From Eledone cirrhosa (lineage: Eukaryota), in assembly GCA_964016885.1 (NCBI GenBank), contig OZ024741.1, positions 349,680,001 through 349,744,000 of the forward strand: a DNA stretch of 64,000 nt. Reading direction: 5' to 3'. Shown here in pieces: positions 1 to 14,540 of the stretch (positions are counted from its first letter, which is position 1; every line of letters begins with the position of its first letter). Under the pieces are notes generated by a model. The model worked only from the letters and a program-made list of their open reading frames with translations. It was not told where the DNA came from and made no database searches. A program made the position numbers and the translations under genes.

Positions 1-27
1 ATTAATGAGTGAGATATTAAATTAATA

Positions 28-127
28 ATAATAATAATTGTTTCTACTTTAGGCACAAGGCCAGCAATTACCCAGTGCATTACTGGTACTTTATTTTATC
101 GACCCCGTAAGGATGAAAGGCAAACTC
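28..127 (-). mobile_element. tRNA-derived SINE, 3' part (Nin/Deu-like central domain)
   Basis: Reverse complement of TTTGCCTTTCATCCTTACGGGGTCGATAAAATAAAGTACCAGT...GCTGGCCTTGTGCCTAAAGTAGAAACAATTATT, seen in full at 63117-63306. Confidence 0.8.
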
Positions 128-179
<52 letters not shown>

Positions 180-428
180 CTTCCTTTATTAACCACAAGG
201 GTTTACATAAAGTAGACATTAAGGACAGTACAGGACAATACAGGGCGGTACAAATGGGCATTTCTGCGTGTAAAAAACAAAAACAGAGGATGTAACAAAA
301 AATAACAATGAAAAATTCCCCAGTAGGTGGGAGACTTCGGAGGGACATTTGTGGAGAAAGCCCAGTAAAAGGCCACAGTGACCCTGACCACCAAGGCAAG
401 TGTCCTCTCCCAGTTTTCCACTTTTAAT

Positions 429-3400
429 TTACAGATACGTACTCAGAGTAGGCCCATTCACTCGGGCTATTCTTCCTTCTCTCACCCATCTTTCAACAAA
501 ATGCTGGGAAGAGAGCACTTCCCTCTCTACTCTGATTTTCCTTTTCAAATGAAATTTGAAAAAATCAATCAGGGCATCACCAAAGAGGTAAGTGCTCGTC
601 TTCAGCCCTTTCAAACGTGTCCACCATACTATCTCTTTCGCCATGGCCACCAGACAGATAAAAACTGCCTGCCCTTCCCGGCTAAAGGAAGAGGGCGGGG
701 CAATCCTCACGATGGACTCAGATGATAGCCGGATCCGTCCTACACACGACAGCAGGTGTTCGACATAAACCCACAAGTCAGCAATTTTCGGACAGTGGAC
801 GAGTGCGTGCAGGACGATTTCGTCGCCCTGTGCGCATCTCGGACTTGCCCGGCTGACGGCACCTCCATGCCTGTAGAGTTTATCCCGAACTGGCAAGGCT
901 CCTCGGTAGCACTGCCAGGCCAGAGATTTCTGGAAGTTGTCCATAGGTCCCGGCCCGAAAGTTCTTCCGAAGAGATTGGCTAGTTGATTTTCGTCGACGC
1001 CTAGAGATTCCCCAAGTACGTCGTCGCTCTTCCCCTCCACTAATCCTCTATAGAACGCCGAGGTGGAGTTTCCACCGATCACATTGCCCGATTGGTCGAG
1101 GGCTGTGAGCGCCTGAAGACATTGCAGTCTCCAGGCGCTCCCTCTCAGTCTTCGCTTGACCCAGGACTGCAGCTCCGTCGAGGAAACGAGCTGGGGAAAT
1201 ACGTGTCTAGCAAACGGCGACCACACCTGATCACCGTCGAGGAAGAAAGAGGAGGAGATGTCGTAGCCTGAGCGCGTGTCTACGCATCATCAGCCACGGC
1301 ATTCCCAGCCCTCCACGTAGCGGGTGTTGACAGCAGATGGACTACCTGACCATCGGAGCGCGTCCCTTCCACAAACGCTCCAGCGCAGTCAGGCGGGGCT
1401 TAGGACAAGGTACAACGGTCAGGCGGTAGCAGATGACAGACGCGATGTACACGTTAGCCACCTCCGCTCGACCTTCCAGGGATAGCTTCCTCTCCGCCCA
1501 TTTCTGAGTGAGAGAAGCCACCCTGCTCGTCAGCTCGTCCCAGTTTTTGACCGTCTGGAGGTCCGGACCGAACCAGACCCCTAGCAATTTAACCGGTCCG
1601 TCCGTCCAGCGTCCGACGACGCTGTTGGACGGCATGGACCTGCCTCTCCAGGTGCCGAGCTGCAGGCCCACTGACTTTTCCTGGTTGATCATTGCTCCTG
1701 TCACCGCTTCGTATTCTCTTAGTGTAGTGTCGATCACCTCGATGTGTTTGGCCTTCGACACCACTACGGTGACATCGTCCGCATATGCTGACACGGATCT
1801 TCCGCATCCTAGTTCGCGCGGGACGCCCCTCAACGTCTCCAGTTTGTGCAGTAATGGCTCGAGAGTCAATACGTACAAGAGGGACGAGAGGGGACATCCT
1901 TGGCGGACCGAGCGCATGATGTTGAACGGTTCCGAAAGGTGACCGTTCACTCTCACCACAGAGCAGATGTCGCTGTGCATGGCAGCGATCCAGCCTCTGA
2001 AGACGGGCCCAAAGCCAGCCGCCCTCAGGACTGCCGCTAGGTAACGATGGTCGACCCTATCGAAAGCTTTTGACTGATTTAAATTGATCAAGGACCCACC
2101 CGTGCCAGGTTACCTAGCTACCCTCTATACGAAGTATCGCATGAGGTGGAGGTTGTCGTGGATGGATCTGTCGGGAATGGCGCATGTCTGCGCCTCTCCC
2201 ACCAGACCACCAACGACAAGCGCCAACCTCTTTGCTAGCACCTTGGCCAAAATCTTGAACTCTGTGTTTAGCAGAGTGATGGGCCTGAAATTATCTATGT
2301 TATCCCCCTTGTTCGGATCCTTTCTCAGCAGTGCCACCGCTCCTCGGCTCACAGAGCTGGGAATTCTCCCGTTCTGTTGCCAGTTGCAGTAGACGTCCGC
2401 CAAGAGGCCTCCGAACAAGTCTGGCATCTGTACGTAAAGTTCATAGGGCAAACCATCCAAACCAGGCGATTTACCTCTTGTGCAGCCAGTCATTGCTTCC
2501 CGTACTTCAGCGGCTGTTATCGGCTTTTCGCAACACTCCGCCTCTATTGGTAAAGCCTTTCTTAACCTAATGGATTATATTCTAATCGCTCTTTTCAGAG
2601 CAAACCACCACTTGTTGTTGACGATGGCCCCCGTCAACGCCCGCTTAACTAGTTCGCTAATCCGGTCTCTGTAGGCCTTGCGCGCTGGTAAGGACGCGTT
2701 TATCTTCCAGTAGCCGGGTCCTCGTCTATGAAACCTATCTAAGTCAAGCACACAGATCACGAATTTGTAGCCCGTGTAGCTGACTATCTTGAATTGTGGA
2801 CAGCCTATGCTAGACCTATCTATTTCCCTACAAAATACTCTATCTAGATATGATCTGGATGACCCTATACGATTTGTCCAAGTCCACATTGGCACATTCG
2901 GGAAATCCAATCGGTACCTGTCAGACAGTTCAAAACTCCTGAGCAGGTTGGTGAGGCTCTTGCACCCTCCACCCTATCCGCTAATCCCACACAGTCCCAG
3001 CGTGCATCTAAGATCCCGTTCCAGTCGCCCACTAACACTAAAGAGCGGGACGTTCCAAGAAAGGTCTCCAGACGCCGGAAGAAATCAGGCCGCCCTGCTC
3101 TTGTCGGGGCATAGACGGCCACTAGCCTGAAAGCTTGCCCGTCTCCGCTGGTCACGTCTAGCACCACCAACTTACCCTCTGGGTCCAGGAAGATGGCTCG
3201 TATGGCGAGATCCAAACCTCTCCGAAAAAGCACAGCAACTCATCCCCCCGATCCAGGACGGCTGGGAGATGCGTACACATCGTAGCCGCCGAAGATCGGT
3301 GCGAAGGCCCGTGTTTCGGAGATTCTGGTCTCGCTGATGGCCACTACATCTATGTTTAGTGACCTGAGGTCGTTGAGCAAGTGACCCTGTTTCCATGACG

Positions 3401-3446
3401 GCCCCAAGCCACGCGCATTTATGCTGCCTATTCTGAGTGAGGTCAT
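429..3446 (-). pseudogene. Tx1-like ORF2 (APE endonuclease-reverse transcriptase), frameshifted and internally deleted
   Basis: SINARGL, ISET, GDWN, YLDRV, SPGLDGLPYE, NFRPITLLN, KAFDRVDH, VRQGCPLS, AYADD motifs spread over several frames. Confidence 0.92.
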
Positions 3447-3481
3447 GTTTAAAATAGAGTGGAAAAGATGGGAAAGACCAC

Positions 3482-5631
3482 TTACCGTACTTTTCGTAGA
3501 GGAAGGATGGTTTCTCCATCCCTTTTCGCTTGATCGTCTGGTGAAGGGACCGTTGAATCGTCCCTTCGGCTGGTCGTCGGCTCTTCTATGAGTATGTTCG
3601 AATATACTCTCCGGTTGAGAGTCCCTCCTAGGTCTCTGAAATCACCAACTGCGTTGGGGAATTTCGTTTTAATGTTTGTGTATTGTTTCTGTGCTATTTT
3701 TAGCAGTCTTATGTTCGTTGGCGTTTTGATTGGTGCTGGTATTATGTAGTCGTGCTGTGAAATGTCTGTGTGTTCAATTATGTAAGTCATTAGTTTCTTG
3801 TTGTGTGTATTTATTGCCGTGCATTTGTTTTTCTGGGGGTGGGGTGTGGTTCTGCTATTTTCTTGTTGTTGCTGGGTGTGTGTGTTTTGTGTTGTGTTTG
3901 TGATGTTGGTGCTTGTGGTGGTGGTGTTGAAGGTGTTGTTGTTGTTGGTGATGGGGTTGTCGACGGTGATGATGGTGGTGCTAGTGTGGGTGGCGATGGT
4001 GTTGGTGGTGTTGCTGCTGTGAGTCTCTTTGCAGTAGCCTTTACCCTTTTTTCATTTCTTTCCTCCCTTTTCGAAGGCGATGATGCGCTGCTTCTGCGTT
4101 TCTGCCTTCTTACGACCTTTTGCCATCCCTCTCCCACCTCACACTCCATGTCTGATTCTGTGAGGTCGGGGAGGCGTACCAGCTCCACTCTTTCACTTGT
4201 TGTTGTTGGTGATGTTTGCAGTGGAGTCTCTGTTGCAGCTGCATTTGGTATTGCTGTTGTTGTTGTTAATACTTCCACTGCTGCTGCTGTTCTTGATTTC
4301 CGTAGCGTGGGTATGGGTGCCACGGACCTATCGTTCCTGGTTGCCGCTTGTCCTGTTGCTGGTAGCCGTGGAGCCGGTTTCGGAAGGAGGGTGGTTTTCT
4401 CCTTTCTCAGGGTCTTCTCGTTGCAGAAGGCCCTGAGGTGAGTCTTCGATCCACAGCGAAAGCATTTCGGGCGTTTTCCCTCAACACTTATGGGCAGTTG
4501 AGTGCCGTTATCGAAGTCTATCACATCCGGGATAGCTTCGATGCACTCCTGGTTGGTTTGGATTAACATCTCAATGGAGGTGCCGACCCAATCTTCTCTT
4601 ACTTTTTTCTGTACTTGCAGTACAGTTGTTTTGTCCTCGATTCCGACGAGGACAGACGCAGCCAGCCAAGAAGGGGCCATCTCGGGGGGGGGGGGGGGGG
4701 GCAGTTTGACCCTCACGATTTTTTGCCCGCAGTAGGAGGGCACCAACACCATTTCCTCGCTCCTTAGGGTCACTAAGGATTGAGCCTTTGCCTCCTGGGG
4801 TGTGACAAAAAGCACGTCTACGGTGGCATATTTCTTGCCTCGGGTGATGTGCGTTTTCCGCTGCCACACAGACCCTAAGGCTTTCTGTATTTGAGCCTCT
4901 GTGGCTCTTTCAACCCTACGGGATTTTGTGCTTACTGTACGGTACGTGACCGTACAGTGCTGTTGGGTTTCTAAAAAATTTTCGGCTGCCTTGCAGATTG
5001 CTCGGTGTCCGGTTTTCGTCACCATCTTCTTCGCTTCCTCTAATTCCTCATTTGTTATGAGGATGGTTTCCGGGTTCTTTGCGATACCTGCAAACGAGAT
5101 TGGTTTTTCTTTGCTGCTGTTGTTGTTGTTGTTGTTGTTGTCGTCAGAGCTGCTGTTACTTTTGTTGTTGCTGCAGGTACTACGACTACTGCCGCCGCCG
5201 CTGTTGCTGTGGTTGTTGTTGGTGTTGCTGCTGCTGCTGCTGTTGTTGTTGCTGTTGCTGCTAATGCTGTTGTTGTTTATGCTGCTGCTGATGCTGTTGC
5301 GGCTGCTACTGTTGTTTTCCTTGTCACTGTTGCTGCTGCTGCTGTTATTACGGCTGCTACTGCTATTATTCCTGACGTCAGACGAATGAAATGGGTTTTC
5401 GTATTTCCCGCACACCTTTTTCGTCGTTGTCGTCGTCGTCGTGGAGAAATCTTGCACGCTTTGCACGTGATTTTTCTTTTCTGGCGTCGCTTGCGAAAGA
5501 GAAGGGAGGGAGAGAGACACATTTAGAGAAGGGAGGGAGAGTGACAATCTTCTCTCTGCTGTAGTGACGATTGAGGAAGAAGAAGACGGAATGAGTGGGA
5601 GTGACCTATGAAAATTCTTTTTCGTAGCCAT
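3482..5631 (-). pseudogene. Tx1-like ORF1 (gag-like, zinc knuckle)
   Basis: ORF 3811-5664 (likely start MATKK at 5631) contains CFRCGSKTHLRAFC; continues after a frameshift into 3482-3790, which resembles the ORF1 end of the second element (53411-53700). Confidence 0.8.
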
Positions 5632-5844
5632 GTTTTTTTTGTTTAAAATAAATATTGGGCACAAAACCCCAATAAGCGGTTATTTAACCCCGAAGGGCCA
5701 AATAACGGGCAGAAAGACCCCTCTCACGAGGAGGAGGGTGTTTTTGTCTACAGTTTGGTTAAAGTTTTAAACAATTTACAATTGTTATAGCGGTCAAAAT
5801 TTACAATACCTTACAGAGCCGAGCCTCCGTCAACCATAGCATTC

Positions 5845-5885
<41 letters not shown>

Positions 5886-5887
<2 letters not shown>

Positions 5888-6260
5888 CTTCCTTTATTAA
5901 CCACAAGGGTTTACATAAAGTAGACATTAAGGACAGTACAGGACAATACAGGACGGTACAAATGGGCATTTCTGCGTGTAAAAAAAAAACAGAGGATGTA
6001 ACAAAAAAATAACAATGAAAAATTCCCCAATACGGGGGAGACTTCCGAGGGACATTTGTGGAGAAAGCCCATTAAAAAGCCACAGCGACCCTGACCACCA
6101 GGGCAAGTGCCCTCTCCCAGTTTTCCACCTTTAATTTACAGACACATACTCAGAGTAGACCCATTCACTCGAGCCATTCTTGCCTCTCTCACCCATCTTT
6201 CAACAAAATGCTGGGAAGAGAGCACTTCCTTCTCTACCCTGATTTTCCTTTTCAAATGAA
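5886..6260 (-). mobile_element. 5'-truncated 3' end of the same Tx1-like family
   Basis: Close copy of 177-553, separated from the long element only by (AAT)n. Confidence 0.9.
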
Positions 6261-6474
6261 ATAATAATAATTGTTTCTACTATAGGCACAAGGCCAGCAA
6301 TTTTGGTGAAGGGGAATTCGATTAAATCGACCCCAGTGCGTGACTGGTACTTATTTTATCGACCCTGTAAGGATGAAAGGATGGGGTCGATAAAATAAAG
6401 TACAAATTCGATTTAATCGACTTTCCACACCAAAAAAAAAATGGTTGGCCTTGTGTGTGTGGGGGGGGGGTTAT

Positions 6475-6660
6475 AATAATTGTTTCTACTTTGGGCACAA
6501 GGCCAGCAATTACCCAGTACATTACTGGTACTTTATTTTATCGACCCTGTAAGGATGAAAGGCAAAGTTGACCTCGGCGGGATTTGAACTCAGAATGGAA
6601 AGGGCCGTAACTCTATGCGTCAAAGCATGACGTCCGACCCTCTACCGATACTGCCAATCC
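6475..6660 (-). mobile_element. tRNA-derived SINE (scrambled fragments of the same SINE at 6265-6450)
   Basis: Reverse complement contains A-box-like TGGCAGTATCGGTAG and B-box GAGTTCAAATCC plus the shared body. Confidence 0.85.
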
Positions 6661-7287
6661 ATAATAATGTGCGTGTGTGAGTTTTGCGTAAAAAGAAGGG
6701 AAATAATGAAAACACGAAAGGTAACAGTAACATTATAGCAAAGAAAATTCCTCAATAGAGAGGAAGCTTGCAGACCAATCGTGTAAAATAATAATGATAA
6801 TATTTTCAATAATATTATTATTACGGCAACGACGAAATAGACACCAACTCTTACCACTGAAAATAATGACTACAATAACATTATGAACTAGAGCAACAAC
6901 AATAACAAGAACAAGAGAAGCAATAAAAATAGCTATAGAGTTATTATTACTAACACTGAAAAGATAGGAGTTAGTTGATCTGAAACCGAGTGAGGTATTT
7001 TAAATAGCTTTATTGTCATTCATAAAAAAAAGTTACGGCAGGGAAGTTGAGTTTGTGTGAAAAACAAAAAAAAGAACATTCTGTATGAACTGGTTTCATA
7101 CAGCGATTTACTCATTCTCTCTTTAAAACATTGCTGCAACACACATATAGCTGATGGTAAGCCGTTTTGGTTCCAGATAATAACTGGAGAAAAATAAACC
7201 AATAAACTAATTAATTTTATGGTATGGAAAGTCAAGTGAATCAATTCAATTCCAGATCTATTTTTGCTTTTCGTTTCTTTTTCTGTA

Positions 7288-7346
<59 letters not shown>

Positions 7347-7403
7347 TCGTCTTTTCTTTCTTTCTTTCTTTATTTATTTATTTATAAAAGAAATTAAACT
7401 TCA

Positions 7404-7633
7404 CCCTTTAGCATTTACATTACTCTATATTTACTATCATATTTTCATGGTAAAGGCTTTACCATGTTTACCCCACATAATCATCTCACATAATATCGAA
7501 TCTATAAGATTTTGATATTATTTATGTTGAGAACAATACCTTAACATCAGTATGAGCGGCTGGTTACAGCCGACTTGAACAGAAATAGGTGGGAGAATTC
7601 TGGCCGGATACGGCCAGTTTAAATGCTAAAGGG
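7404..7633. mobile_element. piggyBac-like MITE
   Basis: 14-bp terminal inverted repeat CCCTTTAGCATTTA / TAAATGCTAAAGGG; a second partial copy ends in GGGTTAA at ~14950-15037. Confidence 0.6.
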
Positions 7634-8196
7634 TTAGAGTAGAATAATTTTAAAGGACGAAAGCTCCTTATGGCCATAGTTACTAGGTAGGAAGAAGTTA
7701 GTTGAACTGGCAGTGGTGACAGAAGAAAATGTGGTCGCCAACAAAAACGTGGACAGAGAGGATAAAGGAAGGAACTGAAGGGGTATAAAGCTTCGGTCGA
7801 TAATATGAAAACGAAATTGATCATTGGGAGAGAAAAACAACGGTACAGCGGGAAATCCGGTATTTGATTGTTTGCTTCCACTGGGATTTTACTAGATTTC
7901 TCTCAACTACTATTTATAGAGATCGATTATCATTATGAAGTTTGTAATGGGATGAACACATTTCACATTTCAAGTTTTCCCAATGCTTCTTAAGTCAACA
8001 ACTTTACTTACACTTATGAATACACACACACACACACACACATACGTATATATATATATATATGCATGTATGTATGTATGTATCTTGGTGGTTGGTTTGC
8101 AAAAATGGGAACGCAGGTCGGGAGTTAGTTTAGCGCAGGTTTACGGTATTTTCTGACTGTTTTGTTTACATATTAAGGCAATCAACGGTGTTATTT

Positions 8197-8258
<62 letters not shown>

Positions 8259-8400
8259 GTTAATCTTTTCCAATAATTGTTTCTACCGCAAATGAAACCA
8301 AGGTAGGGAGATCGATATATAAGTGGGATTAACTAATATATATTTTCTTTTGGCCTGTCTTGATTATAAATAGATTTTTTTTTCACTTAAATGTAATATG

Positions 8401-8444
<44 letters not shown>

Positions 8445-8446
<2 letters not shown>

Positions 8447-9139
8447 AGATAAATTAACGGAGCCATAGACTCTCGTTATTCCCTGTAAATTATGTGCTCA
8501 AAGGAAAAGGGAATCCTGAGCTCTTTAAAATACAATATGTAGAAAGGGTAACACGCTAGACAGAGAGAGAGAGAGAGCGTGTACCATCAATAAAACAGGT
8601 AAACCACCAGTCTATGGAATCTATAACCTATGGAAGGTAAGGTAGACACACAAAAATTAAAAATATAAATTAAAATGCGCATACGCACCTCTATAACTAT
8701 ATAACACACACGTACAACTCCAAAGAGATCTGTTTCGCCAAGAAATTATTGACTGAAATGGAAGTGCCTATGGTTCATCAGCGTGTGTAAGGCAAATACA
8801 TTCCAGACAACTCTAAGAAAATATAAGATAACCGTCCTGCAAGACGCGGCAGAGAAATGTGACAGCGTGCATAGGACAGTAAACCAGTGGTATCTGAGGG
8901 ACGAGCTGCTAGAAAGGGCAGCCCAAAACCACTCAAAGAGATGTGCTCAATCAAAAAGAGAGAGGGAAGACTGTTATAAGGAGCGAAATATCACAATAAA
9001 TTAACGGAGCCATAGACTCGTTATTCCCTGTAAATAATGTGCTCAAAGTAAAAGGAATCCTGAACTCTTTAAAATAATATATGTAGAAAGGGTAACACAC
9101 TAGAGAGAGAGCGCGCGCGTGTGCCATCAATAAAACAGG
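8445..9139 (-). mobile_element. Non-coding HHR-containing retroelement (retrozyme/PLE-like), ~1.3 tandem units of ~547 nt
   Basis: Direct repeats 8449-8599 and 8996-9139, internal HHR, begins at a (TA)n tract. Confidence 0.7.
8706..8788 (-). ncRNA. Type-I hammerhead ribozyme
   Basis: Minus strand: ACACACG-CUGAUGA-aCCA...UGGc-GAAA-CAG..CUC/GAG.UUG-UA-CGUGUGU; perfect 7-bp stem I. Confidence 0.8.
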
Positions 9140-9282
9140 GATTTGGACGGAAATAGCCGTCGAAACGGCTGGAGCTCTGCTGTCGGGGTTAAACTTTCTC
9201 CTATTACCCACTCTACTACCCTAAGTACTGAGTACTCTGGTGCGTTATGGTCCATATGGTTCCTTACCACACTTCCTTCGTT
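9140..9282 (+). mobile_element. 3' end of an HHR-bearing PLE-type family (stem II, GAAA, stem III, GUC; CUGANGA box missing)
   Basis: GACGG-aaatag-CCGTC-GAAA-CGGC...GCTG-TC; homologous to 22808-22993 and 28597-28785. Confidence 0.65.
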
Positions 9283-9441
9283 ATATATATATATATATAA
9301 ACGGAAAAAATGAAACGAAATTTCATTTCCCACTCTTAGTACGGCTGTTACTTAAATATAAGTATATACACGTAGATACATATATGTATACAGACGTACA
9401 GTAGTATGTATATATATATATACATACATGCACACATATAT

Positions 9442-9657
9442 ATATGTACGTATGGATTCACCGAACATTTATTATAATGCTCGGTGTGTTTGTAAACAAA
9501 CATCCCGTATTAAGCCGTAGTGTCCAGCAACCATCGTTGCTCGTTTGTTCAACACTGACAAAGGAACGCTGTACTAGTTTCAAGCTTATTAGCTATCGTC
9601 AGTTTACAAACATACCGAGCATTATAATAAATGTTCGGTGAATCCATACGTACATAT
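9442..9657 (-). mobile_element. Fold-back HHR element with ~56-bp inverted arms
   Basis: Arms 9442-9497 / 9602-9657; HHR core on minus strand 9567-9602: CUGACGA-u-AGCU-aaua-AGCU-u-GAAA-CUAG-UA; partial copy at 58523-58600. Confidence 0.7.
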
Positions 9658-9746
9658 ATATATGTGTGCATGTATGTCTATATATATATATACATACTAC
9701 TGTACGTCTGTATACATATATGTATGTACGTGTACATACTTATATA

Positions 9747-9809
<63 letters not shown>

Positions 9810-9960
9810 ACATACATGTATATATATATATATATGGGGAGAGGGGGTCAACTGAAATCCAATACTATGTAGGTATATGTCAAAGATCACATTATTCTTA
9901 GAAAAATAAGAAATTATGGGACAGTCGAACGCTTTCCAACATACTGAGTATACTCTAGAG

Positions 9961-10410
<450 letters not shown>

Positions 10411-11228
10411 CTAGAGTTTTAAATTTCTATTGTAGTTTTTTTTCTTTCAAATCAAATATATATATATTTCAAATCAAATTCATACATATTCTCAATTCTT
10501 CGAGGTGGAGGGGTATAAAAGGCATATTTTAACCCCAAAATTCGCTGTCAAAACCAGCTTGCGTTTTACACATTCGATGTACTAATATGTAAATTAAAGT
10601 ATATATGTATATAGAAGCCATATATAAATATAGCTGTATGTTAACTTTTCCTTAAACAAGTAGTTTCTCCACATTAATGACGGAATCCAGATCTCAATAA
10701 CTTAATTACAAATAAATCTGCCTACTGGTTAGTAACCTCTATCTAATTTAGCCATAGTCCCTGGGAAGAAACAATGCAGTTATTAATAAGAGTTGAAATC
10801 AATACATGCAATATTTCACAAACCTAGCATCACTCCTTCACAGGCATCCTATGAACTCCTCAGCACACCCTCGTATATATAAAGAAGATCTATTAGGAAG
10901 AAACATACTACTGATACGTAACATTGTCACGTTACTGGGTTTTACACGTACACATACACTTACTCAAACATACGTACGCATAGACAAATTCTTATAAACA
11001 TGCGCGCGCACAAACGCACATATATACACATACACTCATACCACACATACACACACACATACGCTCATACACACACAGCAGCATATACATAGACAGGTAG
11101 GCAGAGAAAGACCAATGAAAAGATCAAGAGGAATTTTTATTATTTTTTTACGGGTGTCGAATATCAATAAGTTGTTTTGAAGAGCACATGCGATAACTCT
11201 CTCGAAGACCTCATATACGACCACACAT

Positions 11229-11273
<45 letters not shown>

Positions 11274-11562
11274 TATACACACACACCTCTATATACATTT
11301 ATACATATATAAACATAAACGCATACATAAATACACACGCACAATGATACATATATATCCACATACATAATTACGCACATCCACAGATATATGTGTGTAT
11401 ATATATATATACATATATGTGTGTGTGTATATATGTGTATGTGTGTAAGTATATATATGTGTATATATATATATATGTATATATATATATACACATATAT
11501 ATATATATATACATATATATACATATATATAAACATATATATATATATATATACAAATAAAT

Positions 11563-11607
<45 letters not shown>

Positions 11608-11648
11608 AATAAATTATATTGTATATATATATATATATACAAATAAAT

Positions 11649-11681
<33 letters not shown>

Positions 11682-11690
11682 CAAATAAAT

Positions 11691-11729
<39 letters not shown>

Positions 11730-11736
11730 AATAAAT

Positions 11737-11871
<135 letters not shown>

Positions 11872-12154
11872 AGTGCGTGCGTGTGTATATATATATATAT
11901 ACCCATACGAATCCCAAAAAGCATAGATAAACGTATACATGTATAGATTTCAATCACAACATCCTCCCTCACGCCTCTCCTACAAGAAAAAATTACTATA
12001 TAGGACAACCGTTTCGGGTTAATGATTTTAGAAATTTTGCTGGCGGTTCTCTTTCAACGATTGAAAAGAATATCTCAAATTAGCCATTCTGGTTCGTTTA
12101 TATGATGAAGGTTCAGAGCAAATTAGAATTGAAAGGCAGTGAAATAGAAACCGA

Positions 12155-12271
<117 letters not shown>

Positions 12272-12418
12272 GAGTGCGTGTGTGGGGGTGGGGTGTAATG
12301 TGTGAGTTCCAACAATTTCAGCAAAGGTGGATATTTTACAATCAACCTAATCCGCTATCCCAAGACAATTATTCGCCAATATCTATTATCAAAAGTTTAG
12401 ATCTCTCACTCTCTCCCC

Positions 12419-12481
<63 letters not shown>

Positions 12482-12554
12482 CATACACACACACACATAT
12501 ATATATATATCACAGAAAAAAGAGAATCAGTGTGGCGACGAAATTAATTTATTG

Positions 12555-12649
12555 GACATTTTACAATTGTTTCTCGGGCGACCAGATCGAGGCATGATCG
12601 ATGTGGTGATCAAACCTGATTCTGAAATCGCGCGGTCCTCGGATACGTC
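12555..12649 (-). ncRNA. Type-I hammerhead-like fold with CCGAGGA core
   Basis: Minus strand: GACGUAU-CCGAGGA-long stem II-GAAA-CAAUUG-UA-AAAUGUC; ~45 bp from a (TA)n tract. Confidence 0.55.
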
Positions 12650-12675
12650 TCGATTCTACGAAGCAGATTTTCCTA

Positions 12676-12785
12676 AAGGCAAAGCTAACCTCGGCGGGAC
12701 TTGAACTCAGAACGTAAAGGGCCCTAACTGTATGGTGCAAAGGATAGAGTTCGACGCTCTACCGATTCTGCCAATCCACCGCCCT
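12676..12785 (-). mobile_element. tRNA-derived SINE, 5' part
   Basis: Matches the head of the SINE family. Confidence 0.75.
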
Positions 12786-13002
12786 GATGCCAGAAGAAAA
12801 GTTGGTTTGTATTGATTGGATTACTTTTGGTTGTAGGTCTGCTCAGTTCTGATCTGGTCTTAATCCACAACAAAGCTGAAAATATGTCGCACATGATGGC
12901 TACATATGTAAGTGTAAATCGGAACATTGCTTTACATCTCAGCTACATCTTCCCAGGAATCATATATTCTTCGTTTGGGCAATATAGTATATCATTATTA
13001 TG

Positions 13003-13188
13003 GCTTTGGCAGTATCAGTAGAGGGTCGGACACCATGCTTTGCAGCATAGAGTTATGCCCCTTTACAGTCTAGGTTCAAATCCCGCCGAGGTTAACTTTG
13101 CTTTCATCCTTACAAGGTCGATAACATAAATCACCAATAATGCATTGGGATAATTGCTGCCCTTGTGCCAAAAGCAGAATCAATTATT
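13003..13188 (+). mobile_element. tRNA-derived SINE
   Basis: TGGCAGTATCAGTAG...GGTTCAAATCC...CAATTATTAT. Confidence 0.8.
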
Positions 13189-13560
13189 ATGGCTTTAATT
13201 GACTTCAGATATTTGATTGATCTGCTTACACTGAAGTACAGTACAATACAGTTCATATATACGGATCAGTATTAAGTTACACCGACGAACAACACTCGAC
13301 ATTGCATCTACAAACGAACTCAACCACACTGATTGACAAAGACTCACTACTGGTCTGTAGATGCATTGCTTCTTTCCTTTCACATTCAACGACTACAATA
13401 ATGCTTCTGCGCTTTTCAGCTAGAGAATCTTACATACTCACTGCAATCATTCTCTATCTCTCTCTCTCTCTCTCTCTCTCGCTCTCGCTCTCTCTCTCTC
13501 TCTCTTTCTCTTTCTCTCTCTCTCTCTCTCTCACTCTCTCGCTTTCTCTCAAACACACAT

Positions 13561-14540
13561 AGGCCATCCCTATTGTGGTAATTTACCCAACTTTTCCTTC
13601 TGTAGCAAGAGAAAAGAATGAGAGATGACACACCATATATGTGGTTCAGATAGCTGAATGTGTTTTGAATGAGTTCATGTTAAACATTTGAGTGACCTTT
13701 CTTTGGATGTAGTCTGAGATACATGTTTGTAGCAGATGTGGAAGCAGTAACCCATTGTGAGTCTACTTTAAGATATGTAGAGAAGTAGTTATTGAGAGGG
13801 GTTAAAGTAATGTTAGGCTCTTTAGAGAAAGAACATACATTGTGATGCTGTCTTTGCTATGTTGAAGAAGTGCATTTTCTAGGAAAGATATTCAGTGGTA
13901 TTGAGGCCCGTCATTTGAAGTGACTGGAGCTTTTTGTAGTTCATGTTTAGATGGAGGTATGGTACTATAGAGTTTTCTTTTTGCTATTGAAGAAGACGAA
14001 TTTGGCACGACTTAACCGGTGGTGGGATAGTTTTGAGGTTTTTATTCTTTGAGTCAATGCAGAGTTGGTATGAGGTATCTAGGTTGCGCATGGCTGACGC
14101 TTGTATACAATGAGTTAGGAAGGAAAGAAGAATGGTATCATCTGTGTAAGAATAGGTAATGGTGTATATACGGAAGAGTGTAAAAGATTAACTCTAAACG
14201 TAGTGCACAACATATTGATAGAATGTGGATCAAAGAGAGGTCCACAACTCCGGGATATTGCCATCTAACAGAGAGCACCGGTCCAAGAGAAGCAAATGGA
14301 GTTAGCATTCAAGTTTACTCGAAGATTCGCATGCCAAACATGGTTGAAAGCTTTCCTGAAGCTACAGGATTTGACCAAATATTTCGAAAGTGAGAGCCTA
14401 CTGGTGTGTCATATGGAAATAGATCGCCAGTACATATAGTTTTACAAAGGTTCTGATAGCCATTGAGAAGGGAAAGGGTCTTTTGGAAAATGCTGTTGTT
14501 AATGACAATCTTCTTCAACTTTGAGATATAGAAAGTAAGT
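13561..14540 (-). mobile_element. Degenerate CR1/L2/Jockey-group LINE RT fragment
   Basis: Minus-strand remnants KAFNHVWH, TGDL and YSYTDDT. Confidence 0.6.

Larger units (their letters stand above)
177..5845 (-). mobile_element. L1/Tx1-like non-LTR retrotransposon, near full length, decayed ORF2
   Basis: ORF1 with CCHC knuckle, ORF2 with APE endonuclease + RT, 3' UTR with AATAAA; both ends abut (AAT)n tracts (128-178, 5846-5886). Confidence 0.92.

Noticed and set aside
7100-7183. Possible internal exon on the minus strand (TTTTTCTCCAG acceptor)
   Set aside because: Weak donor and no recognisable peptide in any frame.
9442-9657. Interpretation as a DNA-transposon MITE
   Set aside because: The right arm joins exactly at an HHR core and a one-armed copy exists at 58523, favouring a retro fold-back origin.
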